Positions 38,101-53,100 of a stretch of DNA of 64,000 nucleotides are shown here, one piece after another; the stretch's first letter is position 1, and each line of letters opens with the position of its first letter. The DNA comes from Eledone cirrhosa (lineage: Eukaryota). The translations under genes were made by a program, and so were the position numbers. Where the stretch lies: the NCBI GenBank assembly GCA_964016885.1, contig OZ024752.1, forward strand, positions 18,848,001-18,912,000. Direction: 5' to 3'. Under the pieces are notes generated by a model. The model did not search any database and was not told the origin of the DNA. It saw nothing but the letters and a program-made list of their open reading frames with translations.

Positions 38101-41100
38101 ACAGTTACTGAGTCTCCAATAGTATACCTCCACAGCCTCCAATAGTATACCTCCACAGCCTCCAATAGTATAGTTACACAGCCTCCAATAGTATAGTTAC
38201 ACAGCCTCCAATAGTATAGTTACACAGCCTCCAATAGTATAGTTACACGGCCTCCAATAGTATACCTACACAGCCTCCTATAGTATACCTACTCAGCCTC
38301 CAATAGTATACCTACACTGCCTCCAATAGTATACCTACACAGCCTCCAATAGTATACCTACACAGCCTCCAATAGTATACCTACACAGCCTCCAATAGTA
38401 TACCTACACAGCCTCCAATAGTATACCTACACAGTCTCCAATAGTATACCTACACAGCCTCCAATAGTATAGTTACACAGCCTTCAATAGTATACTACAT
38501 AGCCTCCAATAATATAGTTACACAGCCTCCAATAGTATACCTACACAGCCTCCAATAGTATACCTACACAGCCTTCAATAGTATACCTACACAGCCTCCA
38601 ATAGTATATACCTACACAGCCTCCAATAGTATAGTTACACAGCCTCTAATAGTATACCTACACATCCTCCAATAGTATACCTACACATCCTCCAATAGTA
38701 TACCTACATAGCCTTCAATAGTATACCTACACAGCCTTCAATAGTATACCTACACAGCCTCCAATAGTATTTACCTACACAGCCTCCAATAGTATACCTA
38801 CACAGCCTCCAATAGTATACCTACACAGCCTCCAATAGTATACCTACACAGCCTCCAATAGTATAGTTACACAGCCTCCAATAGTATACCTACACAACCT
38901 CCAATAGTATAGTTACACAGCCTCAAAAAGTATACCTACACGTCCTCCAATAGTATAGTTACACGCCCTCCAATAGTATAGTTACACAGCCTCCAATAGT
39001 ATAGTTACACAGCCTCCAATATTATAGTTACACAGCCTCCAATAGTATAGTTACACAGCCTCCAAAAATTTAGTTACCCAGCCTCCAATAATATAGCTAC
39101 ATAGCCTCCAATAATATACCTACACAGCCTCCAATAATATACCTACACAGCCTCCAATAATATACCTACACAGCCTCCAATAGTATACCTACACAGCGTT
39201 CAATAGTATACCTACACAGCCTCCAATAGTATACCTACACAGCCTCCAATAGTATACCTACACAGCCTCCAATAGTATAGTTACACAGCCTCCAATACTA
39301 TATCTACACAGCCTCCAATAGTATACCTACACAACCTCCAATAGTATACCTACACAACCTCCAATAGTATACCTACACAGCCTCCAATAGTATACCTACA
39401 CAGCCTCCAAAAGTATACCTACACAGCCTCCAATATTATAGTTACACAGCCTCCAATAGTATACCTACACAGCCTCCAATAGTATACCTACACAGTCTCC
39501 AATAGTATACCTACACAGCCTCCAATAGTATAGTTACACAGCCTTCAATAGTATACTACATAGCCTCCAATAGTATAGTTACACAGCCTCCAATAGTATA
39601 CCTACACAGCCTTCAATAGTATACCTACACAGCCTCCAATAGTATATACCTACACAGCCTCCAATAGTATAGTTACACAGCCTCTAATAGTATAGTTACA
39701 CAACCTCCAATAGTATACCTACACATCCTCCAATAGTATACCTACACATCCTCCAATAGTATACCTACACAGCCTTAAATAGTATACCTACACAGCCTTC
39801 AATAGTATACCTACACAGCCTCCAATAGTATATACCTACACAGCCTCCAATAGTATAGTTACACAGCCTCCAATAGTATACCTACACAGCCTCCAATAGT
39901 ATACCGACACAGCCTCCAATAGTATAATTACACAGCCTCCAATAGTATACCTACACAACCTCCAATAGTATAGTTACACAGCCTCAAAAGGTATACCTAC
40001 ACAGCCTCCAATAGTATACCTACACAGCCTCCAATAGTATACCTACACAGCCTCCAATAGTATAGTTACACAGCCTCCAATATTATATCTACACATCCTC
40101 CAATAGTATACCTACACAGCCTCCAATAGTACAGTTACTGAGCCTCCAATAGTATACCTACACAGCCTCCAATAGTATAGCTACACAGCCTCCAATATTA
40201 TATCTACACATCCTCCAATAGTATACCTACACAGCCTCCAATAGTATAGTTACACAGCCTCCAATAGTATAGTTACACAGCCTCCAATAGTATAGTTACA
40301 CAGCCTCCAATAGTATAGTTACACAGCCTCCAATAGTATACCTACACAGCCTCCAATAGTATAGTTACACAGCCTCCAATAGTATAGTTACACAGCCTCC
40401 AATAGTATAGTTACGCAGCCTCTAATAGTATAGTTACACAACCTCCAGTAGTATACCTACACATCCTCCAATAGTATACCTACACAGCCTTCAATAGTAT
40501 AGTTACACAGCCTTTAATAGTATACCTACACAGCCTCCAATAGTATATACCTACACAGCCTCCAATAGTATAGTTACACAGCCTCCAATAGTATAGTTAC
40601 ACAGCCTCCAATCGTATACCTACACAGCGTTCAATAGTATAGTTACACAGCCTCCAATAATATAATAACACAGTCTCCAATAGTATACCTATACCGCCTC
40701 CAATAGTACAGTTACTGAGTCTCCAATAGTATACCTCCACAGCCTCCAATAGTATAGTTACACAGCCTCCAATAATATAGTTACACAGCCTCCAATAGTA
40801 TACCTACACAGTCTCCAATAGTATACCTACCCAGCCTCCAATAGTATACCTACACAGCCCCCAATAGTACAGTTACTGAGTCTCCAATAGTATACCTCCA
40901 CAGCCTCCAATAGTATAGTTACACAGCCTCCAATAGTATAGTTACACAGCCTCCAATAGTATAGTTACACAGCCTCCAATAGTATAGTTACTCAGCCTCC
41001 AATAGTATAGTTACTCAGCCTCCAATAGTATACCTACACAGCCTCCAATAGTATACCTACACAGCCTCCAATAGTATACCTACTCAGCCTCCAATAGTAT

Positions 41101-44100
41101 ACCTACACAGCCTCCAATAGTATACCTACACAGCCTCCAATAGTATACCTACACAGCCTCCAATAGTATACCTACACAGCCTCCAATAGTATACCTACAC
41201 AGTCTCCAATAGTATACCTACACAGCCTCCAATAGTATAGTTACACAGCCTTCAATAGTATACTAAATAGCCTCCAATAGTATAGTTACACAGCCTCCAA
41301 TAGTATACCTACACAGCCTCCAATAGTATACCTACACAGCCTTCAATAGTATACCTACACAGCCTTCAATAGTATACCTACACAGCCTCCAATAGTATAT
41401 ACCTACACAGCCTCCAATAGTATAGTTACACAGCCTCCAATAGTATACCTACACAGCCTCCAATAGTATACCTACACAGCCTCCAATAGTATACCTACAC
41501 AGCCTCCAATAGTATACCTACACAGCCTCCAATAGTATACCTACACAGCCTCCAATAGTATAGTTACACAGCCTCAAAAAGTATACCCACACGTCCTCCA
41601 ATAGTATAGTTACACAGCCTCCAATAGTATAGTTACACAGCCTCCAATAGTATAGTTACACAGCCTCCAATACTATATCTACATAGCCTCCAATAGTATA
41701 CCTAAACAGCCTCCAATAGTATAGTTACACAGCCTCCAATAGTATAGTTACACAGCCTCCAATAGTATAGTTACACAGCCTCCAATAGTATAGTTACACA
41801 GCCTCCAATAGTTTAGTTACCCAGCCTCCAATAATATAGCTACATAGCATCCAATAATATACCTACACAGCCTCCAATAATATACCTACACAGCCTCCAA
41901 TAATATACCTACACAGCCTCCAATAATATACCTACACAGCCTCCAATAGTATACCTACACAGCCTCCAATAGTATACCTACACAGCCTCCAATAGTATAC
42001 CTACACAGCGTTCAATAGTATAGTTACACAGCCTCCAATAATATAATAACACAGTCTCCAATAATATACCTATACCGCCTCCAATAGTACAGTTACTGAG
42101 TCTCCAATAGTATACCTCCACAGCCTCCAATAGTATAGTTACATACCCTCCAATAGTATAGTTACACAGCCTCCAATAGTATAGTTACACAGCCTCCAAT
42201 AGTATAGTTACATAGCCTCCAATAGTATACATACACAGCCTCCAATAGTATACCTACACAGCCTCCAATAATATAGTTACACAGCCTCCAATAGTATACC
42301 TACACAGCCTCCAATAGTATACCTACACAGCCTCCAATAGTATACCTACACAGCCTCCAATAGTATAGTTACACACCCTCCAATAGTATAACTACACAGC
42401 TTCCAATAGTATACCTACTCAGCCTCCAATAGTATACCTACTCAGCCTCCAATAGTATACCTACACAGCCTCCAATAGTATAGTTACACAGCCTCCAATA
42501 GTATACCTACTCAGCCTCCAATAGTATACGTACACAGCCTCCAATAGTATACCTACACAGCCTCCAATAGTATACCTACACAGCCTCCAATAGTATACCT
42601 ACACAGCCTCCAATAGTATACCTACACAGCCTCCAATAGTATACCTACACAGCCTGCAATAGTATACCTACACAGCCTCCAATAGTATACCTACACAGTC
42701 TCCAATAGTATACCTACACAGCCTCCAATAGTATAGTTACACAGCCTTCAATAGTATACTACATAGCCTCCAATAGTATACCTACACAGCCTCCAATAGT
42801 ATAGTTACACAGCCTTCAATAGTATACTACATAGCCTCCAATAGTATAGTTACACAGCCTCCAATAGTATACCTACACAGCCTCCAATAGTATACCTACA
42901 CAGCCTTCAATAGTATACCTACACAGCCTCCAATAGTATATACCTACACAGCCTCCAATAGTATAGTTACACAGCCTCTAATAGTATAGTTACACAACCT
43001 CCAATAGTATACCTACACATCCTCCAAAAGTATACCTACACAGCCTTCAATAGTATACCTACACAGCCTTCAATAGTATACCTACACAGCCTCCAATAGT
43101 ATATACCTACACAGCCTCCAATAGTATAGTTACACAGCCTCCAATAGTATACCTACACAGCCTCCAATAGTATACCTACACAGCCTCCAATAGTATACCT
43201 ACACAGCCTCCAATAGTATAGTTACACAGCCTCCAATAGTATACCTACACAACCTCCAATAGTATAGTTACACAGCCTCCAATAGTATAGTTACACAGCC
43301 TCCAATAGTATAGTTACACAGCCTCCAATAGTATAGTTACACAGCCTCCAATAGTTTAGTTACCCAGCCTCCAATAATATAGCTACATAGCATCCAATAA
43401 TATACCTACACAGCCTCCAATAATATACCTACACAGCCTCCAATAATATACCTACACAGCCTCCAATAGTATACCTACACAGCGTTAAATAGTATACCTA
43501 CACAGCCTCCAATAGTATACCTACACAACCTCCAATAGTATACCTACACAGCGTTCAATAGTATAGTTACACAGCCTCCAATAATATAATAACACAGTCT
43601 CCAATAATATACCTATACCGCCTCCAATAGTACAGTTACTGAGTCTCCAATAGTATACCTCCACAGCCTCCAATAGTATAGTTACATACCCTCCAATAGT
43701 ATAGTTACACAGCCTCCAATAGTATTGTTACACAGCCTCCAATAGTATAGTTACATAGCCTCCAATAGTATACATACACAGCCTCCAATAGTATACCTAC
43801 ACAGCCTCCAATAATATAGTTACACAGCCTCCAATAGTATACCTACACAGCCTCCAATAGTATACCTACACAGCCTCCAATAGTATACCTACACAGCCTC
43901 CAATAGTATAGTTACACACCCTCCAATAGTATAACTACACAGCTTCCAATAGTATACCTACTCAGCCTCCAATAGTATACCTACTCAGCCTCCAATAGTA
44001 TACCTACACAGCCTCCAATAGTATAGTTACACAGCCTCCAATAGTATACCTACTCAGCCTCCAATAGTATACCTACACAGCCTCCAATAGTATACCTACA

Positions 44101-47100
44101 CAGCCTCCAATAGTATACCTACACAGCCTCCAATAGTATACCTACACAGCCTCCAATAGTATACCTACACAGCCTCCAATAGTATACCTACACAGCCTCC
44201 AATAGTATACCTACACAGCCTGCAATAGTATACCTACACAGCCTCCAATAGTATACCTACACAGTCTCCAATAGTATACCTACACAGCCTCCAATAGTAT
44301 AGTTACACAGCCTTCAATAGTATACTACATAGCCTCCAATAGTATACCTACACAGCCTCCAATAGTATAGTTACACAGCCTTCAATAGTATACTACATAG
44401 CCTCCAATAGTATAGTTACACAGCCTCCAATAGTATACCTACACAGCCTCCAATAGTATACCTACACAGCCTTCAATAGTATACCTACACAGCCTCCAAT
44501 AGTATATACCTACACAGCCTCCAATAGTATAGTTACACAGCCTCTAATAGTATAGTTACACAACCTCCAATAGTATACCTACACATCCTCCAATAGTATA
44601 CCTACACAGCCTTCAATAGTATACCTACACAGCCTTCAATAGTATACCTACACAGCCTCCAATAGTATATACCTACACAGCCTCCAATAGTATAGTTACA
44701 CAGCCTCCAATAGTATACCTACACAGCCTCCAATAGTATACCTACACAGCCTCCAATAGTATACCTACACAGCCTCCAATAGTATAGTTACACAGCCTCC
44801 AATAGTATACCTACACAACCTCCAATAGTATAGTTACACAGCCTCAAAAAGTATACCTACACGTCCTCCAATAGTATAGTTACACAGCCTCCAATAGTAT
44901 AGTTACACAGCCTCCAATAGTATAGTTACACAGCCTCCAATAGTATAGTTACACAGCCTCCAATACTATATCTACATAGCCTCCAATAGTATACCTAAAC
45001 AGCCTCCAATAGTATAGTTACACGGCCTCCAATAGTATAGTTACACAGCCTCCAATAGTATAGTTACACAGCCTCCAATAGTTTAGTTACCCAGCCTCCA
45101 ATAATATAGCTACATAGCCTCCAATAATATACCTACACAGCCTCCAATAATATACCTACACAGCCTCCAATAATATACCTACACAGCCTCCAATAGTATA
45201 ATTACACAGCGTTAAATAGTATACCTACACAGCGTTAAATAGTATACCTACACAGCCTCCAATAGTATACCTACACAGCCTCCAATAGTATACCTACACA
45301 GCGTTCAATAGTATAGTTACACAGCCTCCAATAATATAACAACACAGTCTCCAATAATATACCTATACCGCCTCCAATAGTACAGTTACTGAGTCTCCAA
45401 TAGTATATCTCCACAGCCTCCAATAGTATAGTTACATACCCTCCAATAGTATAGTTACACAGCCTCCAATAGTATAGTTACACAGCCTCCAATAGTATAG
45501 TTACACAGCCTCCAATAGTATACATACACAGCCTCCAATAGTATACATACACAGCCTCCAATAGTATACCTACACAGCCTCCAATAATATAGTTACACAG
45601 CCTCCAATAGTATACCTACACAGCCTCCAATAGTATACCTACACAGCCTCCAATAGTATACCTACACAGCCTCCAATAGTATAGTTACACACCCTCCAAT
45701 AGTATAACTACACAGCTTCCAATAGTATACCTACTCAGCCTCCAATAGTATACCTACTCAGCCTCCAATAGTATACCTACACAGCCTCCAATAGTATAGT
45801 TACACAGCCTCCAATAGTATACCTACTCAGCCTCCAATAGTATACCTACACAGCCTCCAATAGTATACCTACACAGCCTCCAATAGTATACCTACACAGC
45901 ATCCAATAGTATACCTACACAGCCTCCAATAGTATACCTACACAGTCTGCAATAGTATACCTACACAGCCTCCAATAGTATACCTACACAGTCTCCAATA
46001 TTATACCTACACAGCCTCCAATAGTATAGTTACACAGCCTTCAATAGTATACTACATATCCTCCAATAGTATACCTACACAGCCTCCAATAGTATAGTTA
46101 CACAGCCTTCAATAGTATACTACATAGCCTCCAATAGTATAGTTACACAGCCTCCAATAGTATACCTACACAGCCTCCAATAGTATACCTACACAGCCTT
46201 CAATAGTATACCTACACAGCCTCCAATAGTATATACCTACACAGCCTCCAATAGTATAGTTACACAGACTCTAATAGTATAGTTACACAACCTCCAATAG
46301 TATACCTACACATCCTCCAATAGTATACCTACACAGCCTTCAATAGTATAGTTACACAGCCTTCAATAGTATACCTACACAGCCTTCAATAGTATACTTA
46401 CACAGCCTCCAATAGTATACCTACACAGCCTCCAATAGTATACCTACACAGCCTCCAATAGTATAGTTACACAGCCTCCAATATTATACCTACACAACCT
46501 CCAATCGTATAGTTACACAGCCTCCAAAAGTATACCTACACATCCTCCAATAGTATAGTTACACAGCCTCCAATAGTATAGTTACACAGCCTCCAATACT
46601 ATATCTACATAGCCTCCAATAGTATACCTAAACAGCCTCCAATAGTATAGTTACACAGCCTCCAATAGTATAGTTACACAGCCTCCAATAGTATAGTTAC
46701 CCAGCCTCCAATAATATACCTACATAGCCTCCAATAATATACCTACACAGCCTCCAATAATATACCTACACAGCCTCCAATAATATACCTACACAGCCTC
46801 CAATAATATACCTACACAGCCTCCAATAGTATACCTACACAGCCTCCAATAGTATACCTACACAGCCTCCAATAGTATACCTACACAGCGTTCAATAGTA
46901 TAGTTACACAGCCTCCAATAATATAATAACACAGTCTCCAATAGTATACCTATACCGCCTCCAATAGTACAGTTACTGAGTATCCAATAGTATACCTCCA
47001 CAGCCTCCAATAGTATAGTTACACACCCTCCAATAGTATAGTTACACAGGCTCCAATAGTATACCTACACAACCTCCAATAGTATACCTACACAGCCTCC

Positions 47101-50100
47101 AATAGTATAGTTACACAGCCTCCAATAGTATAGTTACTCAGCCTACAATAGTATACCTACACAGCCTCCAATAGTATACCTACACAGCCTCCAATAGTAT
47201 ATCTACACAGCCTCCAATAGTATACCTACACAGCCTCCAATAGTATACCTACACAGCCTCCAATATTATAGTTACACATCCTCCAATAGTATACCTACAC
47301 AGCCTCCAATAGTATACCTACACAGCCTCCAATAGTATACCTACACAGCCTCCAATAGTATAGTTACACAGCCTCCAACAGTATAGTTACACAGCCTCCA
47401 ATAGTATAACTACACAGCCTCCAATAGTACAGTTACTGAGCCTCCAATAGTATACCTACACAGCCTCCAATAGTATAGCTACACAGCCTCCAATATTATA
47501 CCTACACATCCTCCAATAGTATACCTACACAGCCTCCAATAGTATAGTTACACATCCTCCAATAGTATAGTTACACAGCCTCCAATAGTATAGTTACACA
47601 GCCTCCAATAGTATAGTTACACAGCCTCCAATAGTATAGTTACACAGCCTCCAATAGTATAGTTACACAGCCTCCAATAGTATAGTTACACAGCCTCCAA
47701 TAGTATAGTTACACAGCCTCCAATAGTATAGTTACACAGCCTCCAATAGTATAGTTACACTGCCTCCAATAGTATAGTTACACAGCCTCCAATAGTATAG
47801 TTACACAGCCTCCAATAGTATATCTACACAGCCTCCAATAGTATATCTACACAGCCTCCAATAGTATAGTTACACAGCCTCCAATAGTATAGTTACACAG
47901 CCTCCAATAGTATAGTTACACAGCCTCCAATAGTATAGTTACAAAACCTCCAATAGTATACCTACACAGCCTCCAATAGTATAGTTACACAGCCTCCAAT
48001 AGTGTACCTACACAGCTTCCAATAGTATAGTTACACACCTTCCAATAGTATAGTTAGACACCTTCCAATAGTATACCTACACAGCCTCCAATAGTATAGT
48101 TACACACCCTCCAATAGTATACCTACACATCCTCCAATAGTATAGTTACACATCCTCCAATAGTATAGTTACACAGCCTCCAATACTATATCTACATAGC
48201 CTCCAATAATATACCTAGACAGCCTCCAATAATATACCTACACAGCCTCCAATAGTATACCTACACAGCGTTCAATAGTATACCTACACAGCCTCCAATA
48301 GTATACCTACACAGCCTCTAATGGTATACCTACACAGCCTCCAATCGTATACCTACACAGCGTTCAATAGTATAGTTACACAGCCTCCAATAATATAATA
48401 ACACAGTCTCCAATAGTATACCTATACCGCCTCCAATAGTACTGTTACTGAGTCTCCAATAGTATACCTCCACAGCCTCCAATAGTATAGTTACACACCC
48501 TCCAATAGTATAGTTACACAGCCTCCAATAATATAGTTACTCAGCCTCCAATAGTATAGTTACTCAGCCTCCAATAGTATACCTACACAGCCTCCAATAG
48601 TATACCTACACAGTCTCCAATAGTATACCTACCCAGCCTCCAATAGTATACCTACACAGCCCCCAATAGTACAGTTACTGATTCTCCAATAGTATACCTC
48701 CACAGCCTCCAATAGTATAGTTACACAGCCTCCAATAGTATAGTTACACAGCCTCCAATAGTATAGTTACTCAGCCTCCAATAGTATAGTTACTCAGCCT
48801 CCAATAGTATACCTACACAGCCTCCAATAGTATACCTACTCAGCCTCCAATATTATACCTACACTGCCTCCAATAGTATACCTACACAGCCTCCAATAGT
48901 ATACCTACACAGCCTCCAATAGTATACCTACACAGCCTCCAATAGTATACCTACACAGGCTCCAATAGTATACCTACACAGCCTCCAATAGTATACCTAC
49001 ACAGCCTCCAATAGTATACCTACACAGTCTCCAATAGTATACCTACACAGCCTCCAATAGTATAGTTACACAGCCTTCAATAGTATACTAAATAGCCTCC
49101 AATAGTATAGTTACACAGCCTGCAATAGTATACCAACACAGCCTCCAATAGTATACCTACACAGCCTTCAATAGTATACCTACACAGCCTCCAATAGTAT
49201 ACCTACACAGCCTCCAATAGTATAGTTACACACCTTCCAATAGTATAGTTACACACCTTCCAATAGTATACCTACACAGCCTCCAATAGTATAGTTACAC
49301 ACCCTCCAATAGTATAGTTACACAGCCTCCAATACTATATCTACACAGCCTCCAATAATATACCTACACAGCCTCCAATAGTATACCTACACAGCCTCCA
49401 ATAGTATAGTTACACACCCTCCAAAGGTATACCTACACATCCTCCAATAGTATAGTTACACATCCTCCAATAGTATAGTTACACAGCCTCCAATACTATA
49501 TTTACATAGCCTCCAATAATATACCTACACAGCCTCCAATAATATACCTACACAGCCTCCAATAATATACCTACACAGCCTCCAATAGTATACCTACACA
49601 GCGTTCAATAGTATACCTACACAGCCTCCAATAGTATACCTACACAGCCTCCAATGGTATACCTACGCAGCCTCCAATAGTATACCTACACAGTGTTCAA
49701 TAGTATAGTTACACAGCCTCCAATAGTATAATAACACAGTCTCCAATAGTATACCTATACCGCCTCCAATAGTACAGTTACTGAGTCTCCAATAGTATAG
49801 CTCCACAGCCTCCAATAGTATAGTTACACAGCCTCCAATAGTATAGTTACACAGCCTCCAATAGTATAGTTACTCAGCCTCCAATAGTATAGTTACTCAG
49901 CCTCCAATAGTATACCTACACAGCCTCCAATAGTATACCTACTCAGCCTCCAATATTATACCTACACTGCCTCCAATAGTATACCTACACAGCCTCCAAT
50001 AGTATACCTACACAGCCTCCAATAGTATACCTACACAGCCTCCAATAGTATACCTACACAGGCTCCAATAGTATACCTACACAGCCTCCAATAGTATACC

Positions 50101-53100
50101 TACACAGCCTCCAATAGTATACCTACACAGTCTCCAATAGTATACCTACACAGCCTCCAATAGTATAGTTACACAGCCTTCAATAGTATACTAAATAGCC
50201 TCCAATAGTATAGTTACACAGCCTGCAATAGTATACCAACACAGCCTCCAATAGTATACCTACACAGCCTTCAATAGTATACCTACACAGCCTCCAATAG
50301 TATACCTACACAGCCTCCAATAGTATAGTTACACACCTTCCAATAGTATAGTTACACACCTTCCAATAGTATACCTACACAGCCTCCAATAGTATAGTTA
50401 CACACCCTCCAATAGTATAGTTACACAGCCTCCAATACTATATCTACACAGCCTCCAATAATATACCTACACAGCCTCCAATAGTATACCTACACAGCCT
50501 CCAATAGTATAGTTACACACCCTCCAAAGGTATACCTACACATCCTCCAATAGTATAGTTACACATCCTCCAATAGTATAGTTACACAGCCTCCAATACT
50601 ATATTTACATAGCCTCCAATAATATACCTACACAGCCTCCAATAATATACCTACACAGCCTCCAATAATATACCTACACAGCCTCCAATAGTATACCTAC
50701 ACAGCGTTCAATAGTATACCTACACAGCCTCCAATAGTATACCTACACAGCCTCCAATGGTATACCTACACAGCCTCCAATAGTATACCTACACAGTGTT
50801 CAATAGTATAGTTACACAGCCTCCAATAGTATAATAACACAGTCTCCAATAGTATACCTATACCGCCTCCAATAGTACAGTTACTGAGTCTCCAATAGTA
50901 TAGCTCCACAGCCTCCAATAGTAGAGTTACACAGCCTCCAATAGTAGAGTTACACAGCCTCCAATAGTATAGTTACACAGCCTCCAATAATATAGTTACA
51001 CAGCCTCCAATAGTATACCTACACAGTCTCCAATAGTATACCTACCCAGCCTCCATTAGTATACCTACACAGCCCCCAATAGTACAGTTACTGAGTCTCC
51101 AATAGTATACCTCCACAGCCTCCAATAGTATAGTTACACAGCCTCCAATAGTATAGTTACACAGCCTCCAATAGTATAGTTACACAGCCTCCAATAGTAT
51201 AGTTACACGGCCTCCAATAGTATACCTACACAGCCTCCTATAGTATACCTACTCAGCCTCCAATAGTATACCTACACTGCCTCCAATAGTATACCTACAC
51301 AGCCTCCAATAGTATACCTACACAGCCTCCAATAGTATACCTACACAGCCTCCAATAGTATACCTACACAGCCTCCAATAGTATACCTACACAGCCTCCA
51401 ATAGTATACCTACACAGTCTCCAATAGTATACCTACACAGCCTCCAATAGTATAGTTACACAGCCTTCAATAGTATACTACATAGCCTCCAATAATATAG
51501 TTACACAGCCTCCAATAGTATACCTACACAGCCTCCAATAGTATACCTACACAGCCTTCAATAGTATACCTACACAGCCTCCAATAGTATATACCTACAC
51601 AGCCTCCAATAGTATAGTTACACAGCCTCTAATAGTATACCTACACATCCTCCAATAGTATACCTACACATCCTCCAATAGTATACCTACATAGCCTTCA
51701 ATAGTATACCTACACAGCCTTCAATAGTATACCTACACAGCCTCCAATAGTATTTACCTACACAGCCTCCAATAGTATAGTTACACAGCCTCCAATAGTA
51801 TACCTACACAACCTCCAATAGTATAGTTACACAGCCTCAAAAAGTATACCTACACGTCCTCCAATAGTATAGTTACACGCCCTCCAATAGTATAGTTACA
51901 CAGCCTCCAATAGTATAGTTACACAGCCTCCAATAGTATAGTTACACAGCCTCCAATAGTATAGTTACAAAGCCTCCAAAAATTTAGTTACCCAGCCTCC
52001 AATAATATAGCTACATAGCCTCCAATAATATACCTACACAGCCTCCAATAATATACCTACACAGCCTCCAATAATATACCTACACAGCCTCCAATAGTAT
52101 ACCTACACAGCGTTCAATAGTATACCTACACAGCCTCCAATAGTATACCTACACAGCCTCCAATAGTATACCTACACAGCCTCCAATAGTATACCTACTC
52201 AGCCTCCAATAGTATACCTACACTGCCTCCAATAGTATACCTACACAGCCTCCAATAGTATACCTACACAGCCTCCAATAGTATACCTACACAGCCTCCA
52301 ATAGTATACCTACACAGCCTCCAATAGTATACCTACACAGGCTCCAATAGTATACCTACACAGCCTCCAATAGTATACCTACACAGCCTCCAATAGTATA
52401 CCTACACAGTCTCCAATAGTATACCTACACAGCCTCCAATAGTATAGTTACACAGCCTTCAATAGTATACTAAATAGCCTCCAATAGTATAGTTACACAG
52501 CCTGCAATAGTATACCAACACAGCCTCCAATAGTATACCTACACAGCCTTCAATAGTATACCTACACAGCCTCCAATAGTATACCTACACAGCCTCCAAT
52601 AGTATAGTTACACACCTTCCAATAGTATAGTTACACAGCCTCCAATAGTATAGTTACACACCCTCCAATAGTATAGTTACACAGCCTCCAATACTATATC
52701 TACACAGCCTCCAATAATATACCTACACAGCCTCCAATAGTATACCTACACAGCCTCCAATAGTATAGTTACACACCCTCCAAAGGTATACCTACACATC
52801 CTCCAATAGTATAGTTACACATCCTCCAATAGTATAGTTACACAGCCTCCAATACTATATCTACATAGCCTCCAATAATATACCTACATAGCCTCCAATA
52901 ATATACCTACACAGCCTCCAATAATATACCTACACAGCCTCCAATAGTATACCTACACAGCGTTCAATAGTATACCTACACAGCCTCCAATAGTATACCT
53001 ACACAGCCTCCAATGGTATACCTACACAGCCTCCAATAGTATACCTACACAGTGTTCAATAGTATAGTTACACAGCCTCCAATAGTATAATAACACAGTC